From assembly GCA_963734155.1 (NCBI GenBank), contig CAVTGG010000004.1, positions 323,983 to 387,982 of the forward strand: a DNA stretch of 64,000 nt, read 5' to 3'. Positions 19,271 through 30,228 of this stretch are shown here, piece after piece. The notes below the pieces were generated by a model that ran no database searches, was not told the DNA's origin, and worked only from the letters and a program-made list of their open reading frames with translations. The DNA comes from an uncultured Acidobacteriota bacterium. Lineage in GTDB: Bacteria > Acidobacteriota > Thermoanaerobaculia > Gp7-AA8. A program made the position numbers and the translations under genes. How positions within the stretch are numbered: position 1 is the first letter of the stretch; each line of letters begins with the position of its first letter.

Positions 19271-21238
19271 TTACAGGAAGTATTCAAAGTCTCTCTCCGT
19301 CCGCACCCGTCTTCGAATGCGGAAGATGTACGCCGGAATCACGTGCGGATTCAGCGTCAGCGTGTTTTTTCCGGAATGCCAGGTGAAGCGCGTGCCACTC
19401 AAAAGATCGTGGACCTGGAACGGCTTGCCCGCCTCGAGCTCGAGCGCGTCGTAGTTGAGATTCACGTCCGCGCTCTGCGTGTTGTGCGGATCGAGGTTCA
19501 CGACGCAGACGATCGCGTTCGTTCCCGCGGTCTTGCTGTAGCAGAGGATCTGATCGCTCGATGTTTCGTGAAACGTCAGCGTCGCGTTCTGCTGCAGCGC
19601 GGGATTCTCGCGGCGGATGCGATTGACGAGGGCGATCAGCTCGCTGAGGTCCTCTTCGCCCGCGGGCCAGTGACGCACTTCGTACTTTTCGGAGTCGAGG
19701 TACTCCTCGCTCCCCTGCTCGCGCGCGACGTGCACGAAGCGCTCGAACGCCGGCCCGTAGATCCCGTAGTTCGCGGAGAGCGTGGCCGCGAGGATGAGGC
19801 GCATCGTGAACGCGGGACGTCCGCCGTGCTGCAGAAACTCCGGGAGGATGTCGGGCGTATTCGGCCACGCGTTCGGGCGGAAGAAGTCGCTCACCGGCGG
19901 CTTCGCGATCGCTTCGAAATACTCCGTCAGCTCTTCTTTCGTGTTGCGCCACGCAAAGTACGTGTACGACTGATTGAAGCCGCCCTTCGCCAGCCGGTAC
20001 ATGATCTTCGGCCGCGTGAACGCCTCGGCGAGAAAGATGAGATCGGGCCACTCGCGCTTCAGCTCGCGAATGCACCACTCCCAGAACGGCAGCGGCTTCG
20101 TGTGCGGGTTGTCGACGCGGAAGACGCGCACACCCTTGTCCGCCCAGAACGCGAACACGTCGCGCAACTCGTTCCACAGCTCGCGCCACGCGTCGCTCTC
20201 GAAGTGGAACGGATAAATGTCCTGATACTTTTTCGGCGGATTCTCCGCGTACTGAATCGTGCCGTCGGGCCGCGCGAGAAACCAGTCGGGATGTTCTTTG
20301 ACGTACGGATGATCGGGCGAGGCCTGAAACGCGATGTCCATCGCGATCTCGAGCCCGTGATTTTTCGCGACGGCAACAATGTTCTGAAAGTCGTCGAGGT
20401 TGCCGAGATCGGGATGGACGCTTTTGTGCCCGCCCTCCGCTCCGCCGATGGCCCACGGACTGCCGACGTCGCCGGCCTCCGCCGCGACCTTGTTGTTCTT
20501 CCCTTTGCGGAAATGGACGCCGATCGGATGAATCGGCGGGAAGTAGAGGATGTCGAATCCCATCTTCGCGATGCGCGGCAGTTCGGCTTCAACGTCTTTG
20601 AACGTGCCGATCGAGCGGGGAAACATCTCGTACCACGCGCTGAACGCCGCGCGCGGACGATCGACTTCGATCAGCAGCTCGCGCTCGTAGCGCGTGACGA
20701 ACTTCCGCTCGCCGTTCCGCCACATCAGCGCGAGCAAGTCTTCGCCGCGAAGGTCTTCGACTTTTTCCGCGACGGACGCGTCGCTTTCGATCGTGGCGAG
20801 ATAGCCTTCGAGCTTGCGCCGATCGCGCACGCCTGCGCGCGCCGCCGCTTCGCGAATGTACTGCGCGGCGATGAGCAGTTGCACGCGCAGGTCTTCCTCG
20901 GACGTGCGCTTCTCCAGATCGCGGCGCCAGGTGAGGAAGTGATCGATCCACGCTTCGAACGTGAATCGATGGAAGCCTAAATGCTCGACCGTGATCTCGG
21001 CGCGCCAGCGGTCGTTCGGCAGCGGGCGCATCCGCACTTCGGCCCATTTCTTCTCGCCTTCGTCGTGGCGATGCAGCGCGACGGCGGAGATGAGGTCGTG
21101 GCCGTCGGCGAAGATGTCGGCTTCGACCGCGACCACGTCGCCGGTCACGCGCTTGGCCGGAAACGCCCCGGCATCGACTTCCGGGGATGCGCCTTCGATG
21201 ATGACGCGATGCCGTCCATCCAACTCCGCTCGAACCAC
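19271..21238 (-). CDS. glgE: Alpha-1,4-glucan:maltose-1-phosphate maltosyltransferase
   Basis: 655 aa GH13 protein. N-terminal GlgE-specific domain (EGASPEVDAGAFPAKRVTGDVVAVEADIFADGHD), catalytic region FRVDNPHTKP. Adjacent to treS-mak. Confidence 0.85.
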   Translation of the reverse strand: MVRAELDGRHRVIIEGASPEVDAGAFPAKRVTGDVVAVEADIFADGHDLISAVALHRHDEGEKKWAEVRMRPLPNDRWRAEITVEHLGFHRFTFEAWIDHFLTWRRDLEKRTSEEDLRVQLLIAAQYIREAAARAGVRDRRKLEGYLATIESDASVAEKVEDLRGEDLLALMWRNGERKFVTRYERELLIEVDRPRAAFSAWYEMFPRSIGTFKDVEAELPRIAKMGFDILYFPPIHPIGVHFRKGKNNKVAAEAGDVGSPWAIGGAEGGHKSVHPDLGNLDDFQNIVAVAKNHGLEIAMDIAFQASPDHPYVKEHPDWFLARPDGTIQYAENPPKKYQDIYPFHFESDAWRELWNELRDVFAFWADKGVRVFRVDNPHTKPLPFWEWCIRELKREWPDLIFLAEAFTRPKIMYRLAKGGFNQSYTYFAWRNTKEELTEYFEAIAKPPVSDFFRPNAWPNTPDILPEFLQHGGRPAFTMRLILAATLSANYGIYGPAFERFVHVAREQGSEEYLDSEKYEVRHWPAGEEDLSELIALVNRIRRENPALQQNATLTFHETSSDQILCYSKTAGTNAIVCVVNLDPHNTQSADVNLNYDALELEAGKPFQVHDLLSGTRFTWHSGKNTLTLNPHVIPAYIFRIRRRVRTERDFEYFL

Positions 21239-21271
21239 TTCAGGCGCGGTGGGTGCGAAGTGCGTGCCTCT

Positions 21272-21328
21272 GGGAGTGCGGTGGCGTAGCCACCGCCTTG
21301 AAAGCGGTAGCTGGCGCTACCGCACTCC
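21272..21328. repeat. Repeat family 4 double-hairpin element; its right arm encodes the last codons and the stop of the upstream membrane-protein gene
   Basis: ggagtgcggtggcgtagccaccgcc ttgaaa gcggtagctggcgctaccgcactcc. Confidence 0.7.
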
Positions 21329-22360
21329 TAAATACCGCTTCACGAATGGGCGCACGAGCGGCGCGAGGACGCTTCCCGCCGGGCGGTGCTGCAGCGCGTA
21401 GAGGCGGACGACTTGTTCGATGGTGAGCACGGCCGCGACGCCGAAGGAGAGAAACGCGCTGACGCCGCCATTGCCGCGCACGCTGGGCAGCAGCGTGATC
21501 ACGCCGAGGAGCGCGCCGCAGAGGATGATGATCGCGGGGGCGTAGGCGTGCGCGCGGTAGTCGAAGCCGTAGCGCTCCGCGAGCGCGTGCTGTTCCGCCG
21601 GCGAGAGGAGCGTGAGGAGCGGCGCGCGCATGTACAGGTCGTCGCGCACGACGACGTCCGCCTCGGGTGCGAGCATGAACGACTGGGCGCCGCGCTCGCG
21701 CGGCCACGGGAACTGCTTCGGCGCGATGAGCGAGAGGATGGCGTAGACGATCGTGCCGGGCAGCGAGCCCGTCGCGCGGTTGGAGGTCATGAAGCTGAGA
21801 TAGCGCACCGCGCTGTCGAGCAGCATGAACGCTGCGATCAGCCACACCCACCCCGGCACCGGCGACCCCTCCCCCGCGAGCTTCGCGCCGACCCAAAGCC
21901 AGACGCAGATGCCGAGGAGGACGATGCTCGGGATCGTGGAAATGACGGTCATGCGCGGCGCGGTGACGCCGTACTCGTTCGCGAGACGGTTCTGCACCGG
22001 CGCGGGCAGGTGCCCGAGGACGATGCTCGCGAGCCAGACCATCTTCCCGCGGCTGCGCTGCCGCTTCGCCTGCTCGAAATCGGCGGAAAGCCGCGCTTCG
22101 CTTTCGTCGTCGTACACCTGGAAGTCGCGGAACACGTGCTCGTCCCGCCACGCCGCCAGCACGTAGCGGACGCCGCCCCCCTGCATCACGCCCGCCTCGA
22201 TCACTTCGTAGTACTGCTCGTCCCACAGCACCGCCGTGCCGGGATGCTCGCCGCGAACGTTCGTCGCCGCCACGCGCGGCTGCCATCCTTTGGAGATGCG
22301 CGAGAAGAGAAGGATCTTGTCGCCCGCGGCGCGGACGCGATCGGACCCGTGGGGCTGCAT
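21317..22360 (-). CDS. Hypothetical membrane protein (soluble N-terminal ~100 aa + multiple TM helices)
   Basis: 347 aa, no recognisable family. Upstream of glgE on the same strand. Confidence 0.4.
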   Translation of the reverse strand: MQPHGSDRVRAAGDKILLFSRISKGWQPRVAATNVRGEHPGTAVLWDEQYYEVIEAGVMQGGGVRYVLAAWRDEHVFRDFQVYDDESEARLSADFEQAKRQRSRGKMVWLASIVLGHLPAPVQNRLANEYGVTAPRMTVISTIPSIVLLGICVWLWVGAKLAGEGSPVPGWVWLIAAFMLLDSAVRYLSFMTSNRATGSLPGTIVYAILSLIAPKQFPWPRERGAQSFMLAPEADVVVRDDLYMRAPLLTLLSPAEQHALAERYGFDYRAHAYAPAIIILCGALLGVITLLPSVRGNGGVSAFLSFGVAAVLTIEQVVRLYALQHRPAGSVLAPLVRPFVKRYLGVR

Positions 22361-22376
22361 GATGGAAATCGTAACT

Positions 22377-22455
22377 CGTCATCCTGAGCGCAGCGAAGGA
22401 TCTCAACCTACGCAGCCTGAGATGCTTCGCCGTCTGCGCGGCTCAGCATGACGGG
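22377..22455. repeat. Repeat family 3: GTCATCCTGAGCG...GAAGGATC palindromic element
   Basis: cgtcatcctgagcgcagcgaaggatctcaa...ctgagatgcttcgccgtctgcgcggctcagcatgacgg. Four more copies at 28909, 31514, 36923 and 54069. Confidence 0.85.
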
Positions 22456-22865
22456 TGCGCCTGCGCGTCCACGCACGCCTTCACGTGCCCGATGAGCGCG
22501 GCGATGTCGAACGGCTTCGGCAGGATGGCGAACGGCTTGCCGGACAGGCGGTCGCGCATGACGTTCGGCGAGGCGGCGCTGGTGACGATCACTTTGCTCA
22601 GCATCTCCGGCTGGTTCTCGGCGAAGGTGTTGAGGAACGTGAAGCCGTCGAGGTGCGGCAGCATGAGATCGAGAATGATCACGTCGTACTCGTTGAGGCC
22701 GAGCTTCAGCACCGCCTCGAGTCCGTCCACCGCCTCGTCGACGCGATAGGCGTGGCGCAGCAGCACCATCTTCACGAGACGGCGAATCGCAGGATCATCT
22801 TCGACGACGAGTACGCTGTACTCTCGCTTGGCTTCCACTCCGTTCCCCGAGTTGGGCGCCAGCAA
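22443..22865 (-). CDS. Single-domain response regulator (CheY-like receiver)
   Basis: VLVVEDDPAIRRLVK...DVIILDLMLPHLDG...KPF. Receiver-domain Asp pocket. Confidence 0.8.
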   Translation of the reverse strand: MLAPNSGNGVEAKREYSVLVVEDDPAIRRLVKMVLLRHAYRVDEAVDGLEAVLKLGLNEYDVIILDLMLPHLDGFTFLNTFAENQPEMLSKVIVTSAASPNVMRDRLSGKPFAILPKPFDIAALIGHVKACVDAQAHPSC

Positions 22866-22878
22866 AAAGTGATCCGGC

Positions 22879-23319
22879 TCAACGCGGCTGCGGAACGCCC
22901 TTCACCACCGGAATCAAATCGTTCAGGATCCAGAGCGGTCCGACGAGCAGATGGACGAAGTTGCGCAGAAACGCGGGCTTCTTCTTCTCGTACACGCTGT
23001 GGCCGATGAACTGGAAGATCCAGCCGAGGATGAAGAGCGCAGCGTTCAGCCAGAGCGGCATCGCCGCGCCGAGGAAGTAGAAGGCGATGGAGACGGCCAG
23101 CATCGCCAGGGCGAGGCGCCATTCGATGACGAAGTAATAGATGGTGGCGAGCGCGATGAGGATCATCGCCAGATTCACGCCTCTCGCGAGCGGCACGTAC
23201 GTAAGCATGCCGATCAGCGTGAGCATGATCAGCGGGATGCCGATGCGGTGATAGTTCTTGTTGCCTTTGGTCTGATGAAACGACGCGTAGTCGGCGAACA
23301 AGGTCTGGATGTCCTGCAT
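22879..23319 (-). CDS. DUF962 / Mpo1-like membrane protein
   Basis: 146 aa, 4-TM, YHRIGIPLIML and HSVYEKKKPAF motifs typical of the YGL010w/Mpo1 family. Confidence 0.6.
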   Translation of the reverse strand: MQDIQTLFADYASFHQTKGNKNYHRIGIPLIMLTLIGMLTYVPLARGVNLAMILIALATIYYFVIEWRLALAMLAVSIAFYFLGAAMPLWLNAALFILGWIFQFIGHSVYEKKKPAFLRNFVHLLVGPLWILNDLIPVVKGVPQPR

Positions 23320-23341
23320 GGGGGAAGTATAGGCTCGCGGC

Positions 23342-25072
23342 GTGACACCACGCGAGCTCTACGCGCAACGGCTGAGTGAGCGCCGCGATGCGGCCGCGGC
23401 GCAGCGACGCCGCGAGCTGACGTTCTCCATCGCGCGCGTCGCGCTCATCGCCGCCGCGGTCGTGCTCGTCTTCGTGCGCGCGGCATTCGCGCTGATTCCA
23501 TTCGGCCTGTTCTTCGTCATCGCGGTCGCGCATGACCGGCTGATCCGCGCGCGCAAGCGGCTCGAAAGCGGCGCGGCGTTTTACGAGCGCGGGATCGCGC
23601 GGATCGACGGCACGTGGGCCGGCGGCGGCGACCGGGGCGATGAATTCGCCGAGGATCATCATCCCTACGCGAACGACTTCGATCTCTTCGGACGCGGGTC
23701 GCTCTTCGAGCTGATCTCGCTCGCGCTGACACGCGCCGGCCGGCTGCGTCTCGCGGCATGGCTGAAGACGCCGGAGATGAATGTCGTCGAGATTCACGCG
23801 CGCCAAGCGGCGGTGCAGGAGCTGCGCGACAACGTCGATCTTCGCGAGGACCTCGCCACGACGGGCACGGAGGTCGTGCACGAAGTGGAGAGCGCGAAGC
23901 TCGACGAGTGGGGCGCGATGCCGGCGATTGCGTTCACTTCGTTCGAGCGGATCGTGATGCTCGCGGTGCCGATCGTGAGCCTCGTCCTGGTCGCCATCGT
24001 GATCGCGAACTATCGACTCTGGCCCGTCCTGCTCCTCGGCTTCGCCATCGGCGGCATCGCCGCGCGCGCTCTCCAGGAGCGCGTCGCCCGCATCGTCACC
24101 GCCGTCGAGCGCGCCGAGCCCGCGCTCGCGCTCCTCGGCGGGATCCTGCTGCGCCTCGAGCGCGAGTCCTTTCACTCGGAAACCCTGGCGCGCCTCCACG
24201 CCCGCATCGGCGGCGCGCACCTGGAGATCGAGCGGCTGCGCAAACGCGTCGCGCTCCTCGACGCGCGGCGCAATCAGTTCTTCGCGCCCATCGCCATTCT
24301 GTTGTTGTGGACGCCCAACGTCGCCGTCGCCATCGAGCGCTGGCGCTCCCTCCACGGCGCGCGCATCCTCGATTGGATCGACGTCGTCGCCGAATTTGAG
24401 GCGTTGTCTTCGCTCTCCTCGTTCGCCTTCGAGCACCCGTCCTTCACGACGCCCACGGTCGTCGAGCGCGGCCCCCTGTTCGACGCGAAGAACCTCGGGC
24501 ATCCGCTCATTCCGAGCGACCGCCGCGTCCCGAACGACCTCCGCCTCGACGACACGCGGCGCCTCTTCATCGTCAGCGGCTCGAACATGTCGGGCAAGAG
24601 CACGATGCTGCGCAGCACGGGCATCGCCACGGTGCTGGCCATGGCCGGCGCGCCCGTCTGCGCGAGCGCGCTCACGATCGCGCCGATGGCCGTCGGCGCC
24701 TCGATCCGCATCCACGACTCGCTGCAGGAAAACGCCTCCCGCTTCTATGCGGAAATCCTGCGCATCCGGCAAGTGCTGGAAATGTCACAGCACGGACCGC
24801 TGCTGTTTCTGCTGGACGAGATGCTGGCGGGAACGAACTCGCATGACCGGCGCATTGGCGCCGAGGCCATCGTGAAGGCGCTGGTGAGCCACGGAGCGAT
24901 CGGCCTTGTCTCTACGCATGATCTCGCGCTCGCGGAGATTGCCAGCGACAACGTGCATTTCGAGGATCACCTCGAGAACGGACGGGTGGTGTTCGATTAC
25001 CGGATGCGCGACTGGGGTGGTCACAAAGAGCAACGCGCTGGAGTTGATGCGTTCGGTGGGGATCGAGGTGTA
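23342..25072 (+). CDS. MutS-related protein (membrane-anchored, MutS domain V ATPase); apparent frameshift near 25010
   Basis: N-terminal TM helices, then Walker A (GSNMSGKSTMLRS), LLFLLDEMLAGTN and STHDLAL motifs. C-terminus ...YRMRD / GVVTKSNALELMRSVGIEV* continues in the +2 frame. Confidence 0.7.
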
Positions 25073-25077
25073 GTTAC

Positions 25078-25140
25078 TAGGTTGCTGAGTTGCTCGGTTG
25101 CTGTTAGCAACCCAGGAACCTCGCAACTCGCAACTCACTC
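25078..25140. terminator. Imperfect inverted repeat (GTTGC/GCAAC runs) downstream of the mutS-like gene and of a small minus-strand ORF
   Basis: gttgctgagttgctcggttgctgttagcaacc...acctcgcaactcgcaactc. Confidence 0.5.
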
Positions 25141-25305
25141 CGACTGCCTCTTCAGCGCCTCCTCGATATCCCGATCCTCCCCTTCCGCCTTGCCCGGCGT
25201 GCGGCCGGGGGCGTCGGTGCGGCGATTGGCCAGGCGGCGTTCGGATTGGCGGAGCTCCGATCCGCGGCGCTCGCTCGGGTTCTCGGTGCGTTCGACTCGG
25301 GACAT
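25135..25305 (-). CDS. Candidate small charged protein (56 aa) with strong SD
   Basis: caGGAGGAcccaATG, then MSRVERTENPSERRGSELRQSERRLANRRTDAPGRTPGKAEGEDRDIEEALKRQSE. Hairpin lies immediately downstream. No homology call is possible. Confidence 0.35.
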   Translation of the reverse strand: MSRVERTENPSERRGSELRQSERRLANRRTDAPGRTPGKAEGEDRDIEEALKRQSE

Positions 25306-25349
25306 TGGGTCCTCCTGTGGTCGCGCGCTAGACGTGCAAATTACGTGCT

Positions 25350-25444
25350 TCCCGTGCCCGCGCCCGTGCCCGCTTGCGTGCCCGGGGCGGGGGACGCTTC
25401 CCAGCCACCCCGGGCCGGGCACGGGCACGGGCGCGGGCACGGGA
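25350..25444. repeat. Repeat family 1: (GCCCGT)n palindromic hairpin upstream of argR
   Basis: cccgtgcccgcgcccgtgcccgcttgcgtgcccggggcggg...ccgggccgggcacgggcacgggcgcgggcacggg. Confidence 0.8.
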
Positions 25445-25477
25445 AAAGAGGGAATGGACCTTGACATGAGCCCGTTA

Positions 25478-25513
25478 GTGCATAAAGATTCGCAATGATG
25501 AATATTCATGCAC
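25478..25513. promoter_or_regulatory. ARG-box-like palindrome overlapping the argR start codon (putative ArgR autoregulatory operator); a TTGACA -35 hexamer lies 12 bp upstream
   Basis: GTGCATaaagattcgcaATGATGAATATTCATGCAC contains TGAATATTCA and outer GTGCAT/ATGCAC half-sites. ttgaca is at 25461-25466. Confidence 0.5.
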
Positions 25514-26013
25514 ACGGCGATGCAGCGCGGAGACGGGAGGAAATCCTCCGGATCGTCCGCTCCACGCCCGTCCATTCGCAGGACGAGCTGATGGCCGAGC
25601 TGCGCCGCCACGGCGTCACCGTCACCCAGCCGACGCTCTCGCGCGACTTGCGCGAGCTCGGTTTGGTCAAGACGCCGGCCGGTTACGTCGAGCCGGATGC
25701 CATCGCCATGGCGCCGGTGGCGACGTTCACGCCGCGTGAATCGCGCGAGCATCGCCTCGAGCAGCTGATCCACGACTCGGTGGTGTTCGCCGAGGCCGCG
25801 GGAAATATGGTCGTCATCAAGACGCCGGTTGCCGCGGCCCAGCCGCTGGCGAGCGCCATCGACACGACGCCACTGGACGACGTCCTCGGCACCATCGGCG
25901 GCGACGACACCATCTTCGTCGCTCTTCGCACTCCCGCCGCCGCGACGAGCTTCGCTCGGCGCATTCATGCGATCGCTGGCTTGAACCCGCAGCATCGCCG
26001 TACTCGCGCATAG
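25495..26013 (+). CDS. argR: Arginine repressor
   Basis: Winged-helix N-terminus (QDELMAELRRHGVTVTQPTLSRDLRELGLVK) plus C-terminal oligomerisation/arginine-binding domain (GTIGGDDTIFV). Confidence 0.85.
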   Translation: MMNIHAHGDAARRREEILRIVRSTPVHSQDELMAELRRHGVTVTQPTLSRDLRELGLVKTPAGYVEPDAIAMAPVATFTPRESREHRLEQLIHDSVVFAEAAGNMVVIKTPVAAAQPLASAIDTTPLDDVLGTIGGDDTIFVALRTPAAATSFARRIHAIAGLNPQHRRTRA

Positions 26014-26041
26014 GCGCGGGACTCGTTTAGGAGCCCGAACC

Positions 26042-27046
26042 ATGGAACAGATCGAACATGCGATTGGTGTAGTTGACGCGAACGCCGCGAGACTGCGGAC
26101 CCGCGTCGCCATCGCCGGCGCCACCGGCTATTCCGGCGCGGAGCTCGTGAAGATCCTCTCGCGCCATTCCGGCGTCGAGATCGCGGCCGCGTTCTCGAGC
26201 GAGTCGTTTTCGATCGAAAAGCTGGTGGAGGCGAAGCCCGAAGTGGCGTTCCTCGCGACGCCGAACGAAGTGTCGGCCGACGTCGCGCCGCAGCTGCTCG
26301 ACCTCGGCATCAAGGTCATCGATCTCTCCGGCGCGTTCCGCCTCGGCGAGCCGTCGCTCTATCCGTCGTGGTACGGCTTCGAGCACCCGCGCCCGGCGCT
26401 GCTCGGCGAAGCCGTGTACGGCCTCACGGAGCTATGCAACGGCGAGCTGTCGAAGGCGCGCCTCGTCGCGAACCCCGGCTGCTATCCGACCTCGATCCTC
26501 CTCGCGCTGCGGCCGCTCACCTATCAGATCGACCGCACGCAGCCGGTGATCGTCGACGCGAAGAGCGGCGTCTCCGGCGCGGGCAAGAAAGCCGACGTCG
26601 CGTTTTCGTTCACGGAGCTGTTCGGCAACTTCAAGGCGTACGGCGTCGGCCATCACAAGCACGAGCCGGAGATCCGCCAGGGACTGCACCTCGGCGAGCG
26701 GACCGCGTTCGTGTTCGTGCCGCACCTGCTGCCGACCGATCGCGGCATCTACTCGACGATGCACATCGCGTTCAGCCAGCCGATGACGAACGAGGAACTG
26801 GCGGAGATCTACGCCGGCGCGTACGCGAATGCGCCGCTCGTGCGCGTGCTCCCGGCCGGGAAGATGCCGGAGCTGAAGAGCGTCGTGAACACGCCGTTCG
26901 CGGAGATCGGGTTCCAGGTCCTGAACGGCGGCAAGCGCGCCGTCATCGTCTGCGTGATCGACAACCTCCTCAAAGGCGCCGCGTCGCAGGCGGTGCAGAA
27001 CTTCAACCGGATGTGCGGCTACCCGGAGACGGAGGGACTGCAGTGA
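26042..27046 (+). CDS. argC: N-acetyl-gamma-glutamyl-phosphate reductase
   Basis: VAIAGATGYSGAELVKIL and the active-site region ANPGCYPTS. Confidence 0.9.
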   Translation: MEQIEHAIGVVDANAARLRTRVAIAGATGYSGAELVKILSRHSGVEIAAAFSSESFSIEKLVEAKPEVAFLATPNEVSADVAPQLLDLGIKVIDLSGAFRLGEPSLYPSWYGFEHPRPALLGEAVYGLTELCNGELSKARLVANPGCYPTSILLALRPLTYQIDRTQPVIVDAKSGVSGAGKKADVAFSFTELFGNFKAYGVGHHKHEPEIRQGLHLGERTAFVFVPHLLPTDRGIYSTMHIAFSQPMTNEELAEIYAGAYANAPLVRVLPAGKMPELKSVVNTPFAEIGFQVLNGGKRAVIVCVIDNLLKGAASQAVQNFNRMCGYPETEGLQ

Positions 27047-27777
27047 CGACGGTCATCAAACTGGGAGGATCGCTGCTCGACGACGCCGCGCGCCGCGACG
27101 CCGCGCTGCGGCAGATCGTCGCGCGCTGGAACTCCGGCGAGAACGTCGTCCTCGTGCACGGCGGCGGGAAGCACATCGACGCGATGCTGGCCAAGCTCGG
27201 CATCGCCAAGAAGACGCACGCCGGCCTGCGGATCACCGACGACGCGACGCTCGACGTCGTGGTCTCGGTCCTCGGCGGCACCGTCAACAAGATGCTGGTC
27301 AGCGAGCTGACGAAGCTCGGCGTCCGCGCGGCCGGAATCTCCGGCAGCGACGCCACGCTGATCGCCACGCAGCACCCGCCGATCGACGGCGTCGAGCTCG
27401 GCCATGTCGGCCGCGTCACCGGCGCGAACTGCACGCTCATCAAAGCGATGCTGCAGTACGGAATCCTGCCGGTCGTCTCGTCGATCGCACAGACGGAAGA
27501 CGGCGCGCTGCTGAACGTGAACGCCGACAGCGCCGCCGCGGCACTCGCGGTCGCGCTGCAGGCGAAATCGCTGCGCTTCATCACCGACGTCGCCGGATTC
27601 CTCGATGCCAACGGCGTCGTCGTTCCGGTGCTGCGCGCGAACGAGGCCGAGACGTTCCTCGAGAGCGTCACCGGCGGCATGAAGCCGAAGCTGCAGGCGG
27701 CGCTCAGCGCGCTGCGGGCGGGAGTGGGCGCCATCGAGATCGGCGAGAACGGAGGGACTCACCTTGTTGCTGCATGA
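27043..27777 (+). CDS. argB: Acetylglutamate kinase
   Basis: GTG start overlapping the argC stop (GTGA). VIKLGGS...VLVHGGG...NVNADSAA amino-acid-kinase motifs. Confidence 0.85.
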   Translation: MTTVIKLGGSLLDDAARRDAALRQIVARWNSGENVVLVHGGGKHIDAMLAKLGIAKKTHAGLRITDDATLDVVVSVLGGTVNKMLVSELTKLGVRAAGISGSDATLIATQHPPIDGVELGHVGRVTGANCTLIKAMLQYGILPVVSSIAQTEDGALLNVNADSAAAALAVALQAKSLRFITDVAGFLDANGVVVPVLRANEAETFLESVTGGMKPKLQAALSALRAGVGAIEIGENGGTHLVAA

Positions 27778-29010
27778 CGAATCGCCGGCCGCGGTCGAAG
27801 CGCGCGAAGACGCGTTTCTCGTGAAGACGTACGCGCGCACGCCGTTCCATCCGCGCGATGGAAAAGGCGCGCGCCTCTCCGACGCCGACGGCCGCATCTA
27901 CTGGGATCTCCTCGGCGGCATCGCCGTCAACGTCCTCGGGCACAAGCATCCGCGGCTGCAGAAAGCGCTGCGCGATGCGTCCACGACGCTGATGCACGTC
28001 TCGAATCTCTACTACCACCCGGCCCAAGGCATCCTCGGCGAGAAGCTCGTGCGCGCGTCGGGACTCAATCGCGCGTTCTTCTGCAACAGCGGCACGGAAG
28101 CGAATGAAGCCGCGCTGAAGTTCGCGCGCCTTGCAACGAAGAAGACCAAGCTCGTCGCATTGCAGGAGAGCTTTCACGGCCGCACGTTCGGCGCCCTCTC
28201 GCTGACCGGACATGACGCGTACCGCGAGCCGTTCGCGCCGCTCGTTCCCGGCGTCACGTTCATCGAGCCGAACGACGTCGCCGCGCTCGAAGCGGCCGTC
28301 GACTCCGACACCGCCGCGATCTTCCTCGAGCCGATCATGGGCGAGGGCGGCATCATCCCGCTCACCGATGAATTCCTGATCGCCGCGCGCTGCATCGCCG
28401 ACAAGAAAGGCGCGCTCCTCGTGCTCGACGAAATCCAGTGCGGCCTCGGCCGCACCGGCCGGATGTTCGCGTTCCAGAAGAGCGGCATCCTTCCCGACAT
28501 CGTCACGCTCGCGAAGCCGCTCGGCGGCGGCCTGCCGCTCGGCGCGGTGCTCACCGGCGCGGCGCTCGAAGGCGTCGTGAAGCCGGGACATCACGGCACG
28601 ACGTTCGGCGGCAACCCGATCGCCTGCCGCCTCGGACTGGTCGTGCTCGAAGAGACCGAGCGCCTCCTCCCGCAGATCAATGCCCTCGGCGCGTGGTTCG
28701 AACAGGAATTGAAGAAGCTCCCGGTCGTCGACGTTCGCGGCGCGGGCCTGATGTGGGGCATCGAGCTCGATCGCCCCGCCGCGCCGGTCGCGCGCGAACT
28801 GCTCGCCGCCGGATTCGTCGTCGGCACGGCGCGCGAGAAAGTCCTGCGGCTTCTGCCGCCATACATTGTTCCCAAGAAAGCGCTTGTCGAGTTCCTCGAT
28901 GCGCTGGGTGTCATCCTGAGCCGCGCAGACGGCGAAGGATCCCCAGCCAAGAAAGTAGGAGATCCCTCGACGTCGCTCGGGATGACACAAATCACCAAGG
29001 AGAAAGCAGC

Positions 29011-29014
<4 letters not shown>
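27764..29014 (+). CDS. argD: Acetylornithine aminotransferase (class III PLP); the C-terminal ~30 aa are encoded by a family-3 repeat
   Basis: [41 protein letters not shown] and [11 protein letters not shown] motifs. Tail ...[35 protein letters not shown] comes from the repeat. Non-ATG (TTG) start in the ORF track. Confidence 0.85.
28909..28988. repeat. Repeat family 3 copy embedded in-frame in the argD 3' end
   Basis: gtgtcatcctgagccgcgcagacggcgaaggatcccc...gggatgacaca. Confidence 0.85.

Positions 29015-30224
<1,210 letters not shown>

Positions 30225-30228
<4 letters not shown>

Noticed and set aside
22236-22451. 71-aa ORF with [23 protein letters not shown] translation.
   Set aside because: It lies entirely within a family-3 palindromic repeat and the 5' end of the membrane-protein gene region; it is a repeat artefact.
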